From NCBI RefSeq assembly GCF_006345805.1, contig NC_042997.1, forward strand, positions 117,676,001 to 117,740,000: a stretch of DNA of 64,000 nt. The letters are read 5' to 3'. Under the pieces are notes generated by a model. That model saw nothing but the letters and a program-made list of their open reading frames with translations, was not told the DNA's origin and searched no databases. Both the position numbers and the translations under genes were made by a program. Below are positions 13,876-26,045 of the stretch, in pieces. The DNA is from Octopus sinensis. Its lineage: Eukaryota. Every line of letters begins with the position of its first letter. Positions within the stretch are counted from its first letter, which is position 1.

Positions 13876-14130
13876 GGAGGCACATAACCTAGTGGTTAGA
13901 GCAGCGGACTCGCGGCCAAGGGATAGCGGGTTCGAATCTCAGACCGGGCGATGTGTGTGTTTATGAGCGAAATACCTAAGCTTCACGTGGCTCCGGCAGA
14001 AGGTAATGGCGAACCCTTGCTGACTCTTTCGCTACAACTTTCTCTCACTCTTGCATATTACAGCCCACCTGCGACGGACTGGCGTCCCCGTCCAGGCGGG
14101 GAACCTATACGCCAGGCATGGCTCGAGAAG
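13876..14130 (+). mobile_element. tRNA-derived SINE family C
   Basis: Pol III A box (TAGTGGTTAG) and B box (GGTTCGAATC) followed by a conserved non-tRNA body; copies at ~5365-5630(-) and 24000-24190(+). Confidence 0.8.
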
Positions 14131-14587
14131 GAAAAACAAATTAGTTAGCTGGCTAAATTTGAAATGTTTCACATCGAATAATATGACTTTCTTTTTGCAT
14201 TTATCTTTATTTCTTTCAGTCATTGTATTTGCGACCATGCTGGGGTACTAGCTCGAAGCTTTTAGTCGAGCAAATCAAGCCCTTTTTTGTTTGTAAACCT
14301 GGTCTTTATTCTATAGGTCTTCTTTGCTGTACCTCTAAGTTACAGAGGCATAAACAAACCAATACAAGGACACACGCGCACGCACGCACATACACACATA
14401 CATGTGCACGTGCACATTTATATATGTACATATATATATACGACGGGCTTCTTTCAGTTTCCGTCTAGCAAATCCACTCAGAAGGTTTTGATCAGCACGA
14501 AGCTGTTGTAGAAAACAATTGCTCAGTGGAACTGAACCCGAATCCATGTAGTTGGGAAGCAAACTTCTTACCACACAGCGTGTGAAG

Positions 14588-14907
14588 GTGTGTGGCTTAG
14601 TGGTTAGGGTATACGGCTCATAAACGTAAGGTCACGAGTTCAATCCTTGGTGGTGCGTTGTGTCTTTGAGCAAGATACTTTACTTCACATTGGTCCAGTC
14701 CACTCGGCTGGCAAAAATGAGTAGTACCTGTATTTGAAAGGGGCCAACCTTGTCACACTCTGTATCACACTGAATCTGGCTGAGCACTACATTAAGAGTA
14801 CCCATATCTGTGGAGTACTCAGCCACTTGCGCGTTAATTTCACGGGTAGGCTGTTCTGTTGATTGGATCAACTGGAACCCTCGTCGTCATAACCGATGGA
14901 GTGCCAG
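14588..14907 (+). mobile_element. tRNA-derived SINE family D
   Basis: A box TGGCTTAGTGGTTAG, B box GAGTTCAATCC, body TGTGTC.TTGAGCAAG...CAGTCCACTC; partial copies at ~5740-5895(-), 35257, 49280-49410(-), 57543 and 62380. Confidence 0.75.
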
Positions 14908-16203
14908 TTAGCAACGCACAACCATCTTGTCTCCTGTACACCTATCCATTTTTCCCTGCTCTGAGAGTGACCTCACCTTCTCCCTTTATTACGTTTTCGG
15001 GATCTTTTCGCTTTGACAAAATAATTGTTGTTGACAAAGATCCGGAGAAATTGTATTCACCTCAATAGTCGTCATTGATTGGTTGAAATTGCAGAAATGC
15101 GAGAAATTAAACAACAAATAGCTTACAAACTACAGAATTTTCTCAAGAAAGCCAAGAGAAAAAGATGTTTTATGTAACACATTCTACCAGTATACGAAGT
15201 TTAAAAGTGTTTAGTTACAAATAAATTATTTTTAAAATCTGCCGATCAAAGCGAAAAGATCCCGTTTTCGAGTTTTTGGTTGGATTAAGACATTGTGTGA
15301 GAATCGTTCAAAATTTTGATGGCACCTCCAGATTTTAGCCCCCAGCTCTGCGCCCTAGTTTTTCCAGTTGGCAATACCACCTCTGGCTACTTAGACTTTG
15401 TTGTTTTAGACCGATGCTTTAACGTGCTTGATGCACAACAGAAGGAGCGGATCGCAGGTTCTGGTGACGCTGCCAAAATGTGTGCCACCCGGGTCAGCCC
15501 TTGAGTTTGCTACTTCTCGAGCCCCACTGGCTTATACAGCAGACCCAACAGTGCTGCTCTCGTAAAAGCATCACCATGGGCTGGATTGCCCCGTCGCCGC
15601 CCCCAACCCCTGCTACACAGCTGGTAGGGTCTTAGTTGTTGTATTCAGTCATGTTAAGTTACGTTTCTGCGTTCAATTCCCCCAAAGCCGATGAAATAAG
15701 TACCAGTAATATACTTGGTTTGATTTAATTGACTGTAACCTTATTCCAATAAGATAATATATTTGTGGACATTTCCAGTCTATTCTCTCATTCTCTCTTT
15801 TCTTATATGCGTGAGTGCGTGTGTATCTATGTATCTCTCTTTCTCTCTCGCCCTCCCCCCTCTCTCTCTCTGTATGCATGCATGTACTTATGTATTCATA
15901 TATACGTATAAATATGAAACCATTGGTCACTCTGAGTGGACATAAACTTATTTACCTTTAATATATCTATATACTTTTATTCTTTTACTTGTTTCAATGA
16001 TTTGAATGTGGCCGTGCTGGTCGAACAAATCGACCACAGGACTTATTCTTTGTAAGCCTAGTACTTATTCTGTCGGTATCTTTTGCCGAACCGCTAAGTC
16101 ACGGGGACGTAAACACACTAATATCGGTTGTCAAGCGATGTTGGAGGGGGGGACAAACACAGACACACACACACATATATATAAATATATACATATACAT
16201 ACA

Positions 16204-16244
<41 letters not shown>

Positions 16245-16759
16245 TATAGGACGGGCTTCTTTCAGTTTCTGGCTACCGAATCCACTCAGAAGGCTTTGGT
16301 CGGCCCGAGGCTACAGTAGAAGACATTTACCCAAGGTGCCACGCAGTGGGACTGAACCCGGAACATATTCATACACACACACACACACACACACACATAA
16401 GAGAGAGACAGAGAGAGAGAGTCGCTAGAGAAAGTGAATGACAAAAAGAAGGAAAATTAGACAAGAAGATACACTTTCGCATGCCGGTGTGTATGCATGC
16501 GTGCATACATGCCCGTATATACGTATGTATGTCAGGTAGGTACAGACAAAAGTAGGCAACGATACGAAAAGTAGGGGAAGCGATATGTTGCGCATAACCG
16601 GGGAAATATAATGAACAATTAACTATTTTGCTCCGACACCGATTTTTCATTAATGCAGCAGAACACATTTCAAGCGAATTTAGAAAACCTTTTTATACAT
16701 TTAATTATTTTCCACCTTTAAATATTTTGCTGTACAGACTTTATCCTATTAACTAGCAG

Positions 16760-16870
16760 ATGGCTTCTTCTCCAAAAAGAAAGGATGCAAATAAATCGAC
16801 AGATTCCGAAATTACATTAAGATCTACATTTTCAAAAATTTTTACTCCAGAAGCAACGTGGCCGGATAAG
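16760..16870 (+). CDS. RAB5IF: RAB5IF/C20orf24 (OPTI) ortholog, coding exon 1
   Basis: MASSPKRKDANKSTDSEITLRSTFSKIFTPEATWPDK, donor GTTGGT, phase 0. Joins exon 2 as W.DK|DEFLDV, as in human C20orf24. Confidence 0.88.
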
Positions 16871-17159
16871 GTTGGTAAATCGTTAAGCTTATGTATTTAA
16901 AATAGTATTTAATTACTTTTATGCTTAAAGGGGGTGTGTATATTATATTTTACATTGCGGGAATTTAATTTATAAAATCGTGAAATAATCTGTAGTATTC
17001 TCTTCGAAATAACAGATGAAAATATTCGTTTCTAGATTTCTTTCTAATTGTGGGTCTTTTTAAAAAAAAAAAAAATTAATAACACATAATTATTAATTAT
17101 GAAATTAATAAAAAGACACATTCGTTTATTTTAATTACCAGCAAAGTCTACTTTAATAT

Positions 17160-17178
17160 ACATATATATATATATACA

Positions 17179-17235
<57 letters not shown>

Positions 17236-17885
17236 ATATGTATATATGTGTGTGTGTGTGTGTGTGTATATGTATATATATATGTGTGTGTGTGTGTATA
17301 TGTATATATATATGTGTGTGTGTGTGTGTATGTATATATATGTGTGTGTGTGTATATGTATATATATGTGTGTGTGTGTGTATATGTATATATATGTGTG
17401 TGTGTATATGTATATATATATATGTGTGTGTGTGTGTGTATATGTATATATATATGTGTGTGTGTATATATATAATTGTGTGTGTATATATATATGTGTG
17501 TGTGTATGTATATATATATGTGTGTGTGTATGTATATATATATGTGTGTGTGTATGTTTATATATGTGTGTGTGTGTGTATGTATATATATGTGTGTGTG
17601 TGTATGTATATATATATGTGTGTGTGTATGTATATATATGTGTGTGTGTGTATAATATATATATGTGTGTATGTATATATATATGTGTGTGTGTGTATAT
17701 ATATATATATGTGTGTATGTATATATATGTGTGTGTGTATGTATATATATGTGTGTGTGTGTATGTATATATATATGTGTGTGTATGTATATATATATGT
17801 GTGTGTATGTATATGTGTGTGTATGTATATATGTGTGTGTGTATGTATATATGTGTGTGTGTATGTATATATGTGTGTGTGTATG

Positions 17886-17935
<50 letters not shown>
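17160..17935. repeat. Compound (TG)n/(TA)n microsatellite array, ~780 bp, in RAB5IF intron 1
   Basis: Direct reading; it produces the long YI/HT/CV ORFs. Confidence 0.97.
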
Positions 17936-19125
17936 AGGTTAATATACAACCCCGATTGTCTCAAAATTATTCCCCGTTATAATTTTAATTATATATTATA
18001 AATGCGGCAACGACAGCCAAAACGGGTTTTGATTGATGTGAAGTATTAAACACCCATCGATTGATTTAAAAAATTTTTTTTTTTTTTTGTTTTCGGTTAT
18101 TAAGTTACCGAACAGGTCGCTCGTTTATAAAGATTCAGTAATGCATCGGTTGGAATTAGGGCTACTGCTATTTTTATTTTTTGTTGTTGCTATTGTTTGC
18201 TTAGCCTTAGATAGCTCTAATCGATAGACCTACAACGGAAGGGTATTTACAATCATAACCAACTCGTCCTTTTTTTTTTCCTGATAACGTGTACACCTAA
18301 CAGCATTATTCAGTATTTCCTTATATATTAGATTATAGTATGCGGTTTGAGGAATAAGTGGCTACTATTTCTAGCTGATCTACCGACCACGTAATATTTG
18401 TACGACTGCACCTCACACATCATTTATCTGAATGCTGTGAATAATAAACTATTTCCAATGAACCCCACTTTTTAAGGCAGATTAATTTGTAACTTAAATG
18501 CAATCAAGTGTTCTCTGGTGATCCGTTGCAGTTAAGCATACAAATGCCCATAGAACACCCGTTGCAGGGTTCTAAGCAACCATGATGGGGAAAAGTTCGT
18601 AGGAACTAATAATAGAAACTTCTGCATATCTTAATTTATCTTTTATTTAAAAAAAAAAATTAATTCTCAACAAGGAAGTCTTTTCGTGGTCGCGCGACTT
18701 TCTAAAAATAATTGCTGAATCGCCCTACCGCCCTTAATTAGGAAAGGGTACATGAAGTAATATATTCTTAGTTACCTATAAAAAGTTGGGATGGTCACGG
18801 CTGGAATGTTTTTGATCGTAGGTCTGCCCATTTCGGGTTAAACGGTACCTAGATTTCTACTTGAACTAGACAGATGCGACTTTTCGTGGTTGCCAGACCG
18901 CCTAGAAATAGCAGCCAAATATCATCATATCGTACTCAATTGTCTTTAGAAAGGAAAAATACTTTAGACAGTATAGTCCCAAATAAACATTAAAAAAAAA
19001 AAGATTGGGTTGGTCTTGAGTCTTACCTTTGATCATAGGTCTGCTCGATGATGGTTACTTGGGGGTTAAACAACAACATTAACCACATTTTAACTACTCC
19101 TTACTTGCTACAAACCCCATGCTTT

Positions 19126-19360
19126 GGTGGTACCATGGCAGAGTCGTTAGCACGCCAGGCGAAATGCGTAGCCGTATTTCGTCTGTCGTTACGTTGTGAG
19201 TTCAAATCCCGCCGAGGTGGACTTTGCCTTTCATCCTTTCGGGGTCGATAAATTAAGTACCAGTTACGCACTGGGGTCGATGTAATCGACTTAATACCTA
19301 TGTCTGTCCTTGTTTGTCCCCATCTGTGTTTAGCCCCTTGTGGGTAATAAAGAAATAGGT
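19126..19360 (+). mobile_element. SINE family B (GGCAGA..CGTTAGCACGCC...GAGTTCAAAT...TCATCCTTTCGGGGTCGATAAA)
   Basis: Copies at ~19665, 24630-24940, 30705-30942, 34995-35215, 36765-36990, 50515-50890, 52455-52650, 54715-54950 and 62630-63480. Confidence 0.85.
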
Positions 19361-21621
19361 ACCATATTATTCACATACATTTTTGAAAAACACCTATAAT
19401 AATGTTTTCTAGTAGGTTTGTTTGGGTTTATTTATTTATTTATTTATTTGTCTTTATTAGAGGGAAAAAGTCTGGTGTGCCTTGTGTATCTTAGTAATCA
19501 CCAATGGGATTTCCAAAATCCAAATCCATTGATCACTATCTTACCAATGATTCTTTATTCTATAAGCTTTCAACCAAAGTAAAGTTGTTGTTATATAAAT
19601 CTGCAAAACTTTATTTTCTTATGTTTAGTCCTAAAAGTCTGCCAAAATTCTATGCTTGTATCTTATTTCTTTACTGCCCACAAGGGGATACACACAGAGG
19701 GGACAAACAAGGACAGACAAACGGATTAAGTCGATTATGTCGACCCCAATGCGTAACTGGTACTTATTTAATCGACCCTGAAAGGATGAAAGGCAAAGTC
19801 GACCTCAGAGACATCAAGACAAGCTTAAACCTAACCCACACACATACATACACACAATGGACACTTGTATCTTAATGAAGTATTCTTTAATTCTTTTATT
19901 GGTGTCACTTATTCCAGACCCTCCTGTCTCTTGTATTCCTTTGTTACAGTTTTCAGTTCATTTCATCTTTCTTTGGTTCTCCAGTTATTCACCAATGTTT
20001 ATAATATACATCACCATTTCTACCATTCTATATATATATCATAGCCCAATGTGTATAGTATACATTACCAGTCTATCATCATCATCATTTAATGTCCGTT
20101 GTACATACTGGCATAGGTTGGACGGTTTGACCAGGGCTGGAAAGCTGCACCAGACTCCAGTCTGATCTGACATGGTTTTCTGCGACTGGATGCCCTTCCT
20201 AATCCCAACCTCTCCAAGAGTTTAATAGGTGCTTTTACATGCCATTTGCATGACACTGGTATCTGCTAGGACTGATTTTACTTGTCTTGATGGGTCTTCT
20301 TCTCAAGCATGACATTATGCCAAAGCTCTCAGTCATTGCCTCCATGAGGCCCAACGCCCGAAAGGAACTCAGTCCTTGGGCCCACCAAATTCTGTCAAAT
20401 AGTTCAATCCATACCAGCAAGGAACATGGACCCTTTAGCATTCAGATTAGTCTGTCAAATATATTATCATCATCATCGTTTAACATCCGCTTTCCATGCT
20501 AGCATGGATTGGACGATTTGACTGAGAATGGTGAACCAGATGGCTGCACCTGGCCCCAATCTTGATCTGGCAGAGTTTCTACAGCTGGATGCCCTTTCTA
20601 ATGCCAACCACTCCGAGAGTGCTTTTACATGGCATGAGGGCCAGTCAGGCGGTACTGGCAACGGCCACGCTCAAATGGTGCTTTTACATTCCACCTGCAC
20701 AGGAGCCAGTCCAGCAGCACTGGCAACGATCTCGCTTGAATGTTTTTTCATGTGCCACAGGCACAAGTGTCAGTGAAGCGATGCTGGTAACAATCACGCT
20801 CGAATGGTACTTTTTACGTGCCACCAGCACAGAAGCCAGTTAGCTGCTCTGGCAACGATCATGCTCAGATGGTGCTCTTAGCGCTCCTTATTCACATTGT
20901 TTTGAATTAATCATGCATTATGTTGTGGCTTTGGAATTTCAGCAATGTGATTGTTTATTTTTAGAATGACATTGTAGGGTAGGTGTGAGTGACTGGATCT
21001 GGCCAGTTTGAACGTAGACAGATAGAATATTATGGCCTGGTATAGCCAGTTTAAATGCTAAAGAGTTAAATGATGATGATGGTGGTGGTGTCTGTTGTTG
21101 TTTGCTTTGCTATCTCAGAAACTATCCAGCTTTGTGAACTCAAATTGCCTTAATAATTACTAAGCAAAATAGCAGATTAAATGAAGATTGCCTTAATGAT
21201 TAGTAAGCAAAATAACAGATTAAATGAAGGATTTTACATTTTTTTGTCATTTTGCTTTAATGTTGGAGGTAGGTAGTTCTCATGGCAACATAATTTATTC
21301 CACTTTTTAAACATTTTTAACATCATCTTTTAGTGTCTGTTTTCCATACTGGCATGGGTTGGATAATTTGACAGGAGCTGGCAAACCGGGAAGCTGCACT
21401 AAGCTCCAATTGTCTGTCTTGACTTGGTTTCTACAGCTGGATGCCCTTTCTAATGCCAACTACTTCACAGAGTGCATTTGGTGCCCTTTTGGTGACACCA
21501 ATCCCCGTGTTTTATATGCAACACCAGCAGGGACACCAAGTAACTTGCAAGACAAAGACTTAGCTGTGAGAAGGAGTGGAACCGAGGGAAGTGGCTTTGT
21601 GCCAAGCAAGAGGTTGGAGTA

Positions 21622-22060
21622 TAATAATAATAATAATGAAATTATTGTATACAATGCTCAAGTGCACCACAACTTGTCAAAAGTGCGTATAAAGCATATG
21701 CAGTAATGTACAAATGTCTGGAATGTGAACAGTGCATGAATCAGATACATACTTGCATGTGTATGGAGGGGAGAAAATCAGGTGTAGTGTTGGCAAATCT
21801 CAGGAAGCATGGAAGTTTTGAAGGATGCAGTGCTCCGACAACTAACAACTGATGCCAGCAGTTTGTTCCATGCTTCAGCAACTCTTAGCGTGAAAAAATG
21901 TTTCCGAAAGTCATGGGAGCTGTGCTGTTTTCTGACTTTGTAAACATGTCCACGGGTGTTAGACAGATGGAGTTTGAAAAAGTGCTCAGTTATTGTTTGT
22001 AAGATGGTTAATAATTTTATGAGTGTCTGTCAAGTCAGCTGCCAGACGTCAGGGAAGGAT
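21622..22060 (-). mobile_element. CR1-like LINE 3' end fragment
   Basis: Minus translation SNTRGHVYKVRKQHSSHDFRKHFFTLRVAEAWNKLLASVV...SFK matches the CR1 ORF2 C-terminal pattern; an ATT-repeat tail follows. Confidence 0.75.
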
Positions 22061-23244
22061 AGAGATAGGTGTCTACTATGGAAGAGATTCTTTGCTACTC
22101 TGGTAGGAAAAGGAAGGTGGGAAAGAGTTAGAGAGAAAGATAGGGAGACAATCACAGTGAGAGATAGAGAGAAATAGATGGTGTTGGAGATCATCATCAT
22201 CATCGTTTAATGTCTGCTTTCCATGCTAGCATGGGTTGGACGATTTGACTGAGGACTGGCAAAACAGATGGCTGCACCAGGCTCCAATCTGATATGGCAG
22301 AGTTTCTACAGCTGGATGCCTTTCCTAATGCCAACTATTCCAAGAGTGTAGTGGGTGCTTTTACGTGCCACCGGCATGGGGGCCAGTCAGGCGGTACTGG
22401 CAACGGCCAAGCTCGAAATGGTGTTTAAGAATGTGCGCGGATATCTTTAAAAGTGGAAAAGACAAGTGATAGTGAAGGAAATTGGAGTGGCTGAAAGGCC
22501 GGTAAGGAAGATATGCGTAGGCATGGAGAGTATGCGGATAGGCACATGGAAAAGAGTGGAGGGGTCTGCAGTGGGTGAGGGAGAGGAGATGGGCCTTCAG
22601 TAGGTGTTGGGGAGATGAAGGGAGTTTTGACAGAAGCCAGATGTGTGTGTGTGTGTGCATACAGGCCATCTCTCCTCTTCCTATTATCCTTGTATCCATG
22701 CCGTCCCCTTCAAACTTCTATCAAATCACTATGCCCAGTCTTATTTTTTCCTTCCCAAAACTTCAACATCCTAGAATCCCCAATCTCTTCTCTTCATATC
22801 TTTCTCACAGATGTTGACTTAAAAAGGTCCAAGATGAACATTAACCGTTTAGCATTCGGATTTCTTTGTGAAATTTATTGCTTATTTATTCCTACTGTTT
22901 TGAATTAATCACATATTATTTTGCAACTTCAAAATTTAAATGGTGTGGCTATATATTTTTAAAATGACATTGTAGGGTACGTATGAGAGGTTGGATCCAG
23001 ACAGTTTTAACATAAAACAGGTAGAATATTTGAGCCGGATATGGCTGGATTAAATGCTAAAGGGTTAATGACGTTATTCTCACCAATCCATGAGGACTCG
23101 CAATGGCCATGCATTGGTCTTCCCTTTCCTCCAGACCTAACAATTAAAAGTAGAACATCAGTGACCAATCAATAGATTGCTCTTATTTTTGTTTTGTTCT
23201 TTTATTTTATTTATTTATTTATTTTTGATGTCTTTATTTTGCAG

Positions 23245-23348
23245 GATGAATTTCTCGACGTTATTTACTGGATGCGGCAAATTTTGGGCATCTTTCTTGG
23301 ACTTATATGGGGAGTTATTCCCTTGAAAGGCATCTTTGGAATTTTAAT
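23245..23348 (+). CDS. RAB5IF: RAB5IF ortholog, coding exon 2
   Basis: tttgcag|DEFLDVIYWMRQILGIFLGLIWGVIPLKGIFGIL+AT|gtaagc, 104 nt; matches the C20orf24 DEFLDVIYWFRQ motif. Confidence 0.95.
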
Positions 23349-24909
23349 GTAAGCACATTGTTTTTTGTTAATGAATTCTTTCTCATAGACCTCTACGATC
23401 AGGTATAAACAGTCACAATTCAACCAAGTAGAAAATGAGAAAGTAGGAATTCTCTTTTCTCAGAACTCATCAATCAATTGACTTTCCCCAGGAATTAAAG
23501 CTTTGTTCAGCATAGCCTTACTGGCACCTGTGCCGGTGGCATGTGTAAAAAGATTCGAGCAAGGTCGTTGCCAGTACCACCTTGACTAGCCCCCATGCCA
23601 GTGGCACATAAAAGCACCCACTACACTCTCGGAGTGGTTGGCATTAGGAAGGGCATCTAGCTGTAGAAACTCTGCCAGATCAAGATTGGAGCCTGGTACA
23701 GCCATCTGGTTCGCCAACCCTCAGTCAAATCGTCCAACCCATGCTAGCAAGAAAAGCGGACGTTAAAAGATGATGATGATGATTCTAAGTGTTTGTTTAG
23801 AGTCTGCAGCACCTCATATATAACCATAATCATTTAATATCCACTTTCCATGCTGGCATGAGTTGGATGGTTTGACAGGAGCTGAAGAGCTGCTTAGGCC
23901 CCATGTCTGTTTTGGCATGGTTTCTATGGCTGAATGCCCTTCCTAATGGCAACCACTTTATAAGATGTACTGAGTGCTTTTATGCAGCGCCAGCAGTGGT
24001 GGCACAATGGCCCAATGGTTAGGGCAGCGGACTTGCGGTCAGAGGATCGCGGTTTCAATTCCCAGACCAGGCGTTGTGTGTGTTTAGTGAGCGAAAATAC
24101 CTAAAGCTCCACGAGGCTCCGGCAGTGGGTGGTGGCGACTCCTGTTGTACTCTTTCGCTCCAACTTTCTCTCACTCTTCCTTCCTGTTTCTTGTCCCCAA
24201 CTTCCTACACAACTGCTGAGCCTGGATGTGCATTCATCCATCCGTCGATGCTCTCGGTGTCGGGGGTTGACCTGCTTTCTCTTCTGCAGGTCTTACGAAT
24301 AGCAAAGGATCACGTTTCGGACTGCAGACAGTCCTGAGACGCTCAACAAACAAACAAACAGCACCAGAATGGGTGCTTTTGCATGGCACTGATATGGGTG
24401 CTTTTTATGTGGCACTAGCACCCACATGCCCACAATATTAAAACTGCTCAGCCAGAGAGAGTTGCAGGGGATAAGCCTGTATGCAAAAACAACCACGAAT
24501 TTACTTAGCTTGGCATGTCTTCTCAAATACAGCAAATTGCCAGGAGTCTTGGTCTCCTGTCATCCCCTCTGTGAGGCCCAACTTCTGAAGATCCTTTCTC
24601 ACCATTTCATCCCATGTCTTCCTAGATCTATTTTTTATTTCTTTATTGCCCACAAGAGGCTAAACATAGAGGGGACAAACAAGGACAAACAAAGGGATTA
24701 AGTCAATTACATCGACCCCAGTGAGTAACTGGTACTTAATTTTATCGACCCTAAAAGGATGAAAGGCAAAGTCGACCTCGGCGGAATTTGAACTCAGAAC
24801 GTAATGGCAGACAAAATATACCTATTTCTTAACTACCCACAAAGGGCTAAACACAGACAGGACAAACAAGGACAGACAAAGGGATTAAGTCGATTACATC
24901 AACCCCAGT

Positions 24910-26045
24910 GCTAACGTTTCTGCCAGCTTGCCACCTTAGATCTATTTCTTCCACATGTTCCCTCCACAGTTGCATCAAAAGATCAGCACTTCTTCAGGCA
25001 ACTGTCTTCATTCTTATGCATCACATAGCCATACCAGCACAGTCTTCTCTCTTGCATGCTACATCTGATGCCTCGTATACCCAGTTTTTCTCTCTAATCA
25101 CTTACACTCTGTTGTATATGCACACTGATATTACCCATCCAGTGGAGCATGCTAGCTTCATTTCTTTTAAGCCTTCACATAACCTCAGTTGTCACAGCCC
25201 ATGTCTCACTGCCATGTAGTACAACTGTAAATACACAAGTATCATAAAATCTGCCTTTATACACAGGTATCATAAAATCTGTCTTTCACCCTGAGGGAGA
25301 GGCACTTCATTACTAACAGAGGTAGTAGCTCTCTGAACTTAGCCCAGCCTATTCTTATTCTAGCAGCTATGGTTTCGGAACAACCACCCCCACTGCTAGC
25401 TTGGTCACCTAAATAACGGAAACTGTCAACTACTTCTAAAGATCTCCCCTGACATTTGAGGGAGTCTATTTTTTTGTACATTCCTAGTGTTTAACCCTTT
25501 TGTTACTAACCCGGCCAAAACCGGCTCTGGCTCGGTGGTAAAATGTCTCGTTTTCATAAGTTTTGAATTAAAATATTCCACCAAGCCTTAGTCACAATTT
25601 ACGTTCCCAACACTAGCTGAATGATAACTAAGTTATTTTACTAAATTCTTTGTTATATTTAAAATAATTGAAAGAAACACAGATCACCTCAAAATAAATA
25701 CAGTAATGAAAGGGTTTATGTACCTGCACATCTTCCACATGTAAAGACTTCTTTCTCTTTTTATCTTCCAGTTATACCACTACACCTCTTGTATCCATAG
25801 CTTGCACTGGGTACACCTTATAGAGTTTCTCCCAACACCTTTTCTACATATCAAACAGGACCATCTCCCTGAAGGGATCTGCAATTTGTCTGTGTTCCTA
25901 TATATCAATACTTAGGTTTTTGCTAAATTAACTCTAAGGCCCTTTGATTCTAGTCCTTGCTTCCATGCCTGAATTTTCTTCTCTAGCTCTGGTAGTGACT
26001 CAGCAAAAAAAGCAAGGTCATTGGCATAGAGGAGCTCCCAGAGGA
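24910..26045 (-). mobile_element. RTE LINE fragment interrupted by a piggyBac-like MITE (25495-25714)
   Basis: PWELLYANDL (YADD mutated)...LESKGLRVNLAKT at ~26040-25920, then LEVVDSFRYLGDQ...RIRIGWAKFRELLPLL (ORF 25257..25481). Confidence 0.8.

Noticed and set aside
13876-13950. Possible tRNA gene
   Set aside because: It has A and B boxes but continues into a repeated SINE body found in several copies; no clean cloverleaf acceptor stem was seen.
16536-16759. 5'-UTR intron ending at the CAG immediately before the RAB5IF ATG
   Set aside because: The splice-like signals exist, but the putative upstream exon lies in simple-repeat sequence; unsupported without RNA data.
17131-18001. ORFs of 250-277 aa rich in Y/I/H/T/C/V
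   Set aside because: Translations of a (TG)/(TA) microsatellite; the same applies to the ORFs at 2449-3361, 8156-8911 and similar sites.
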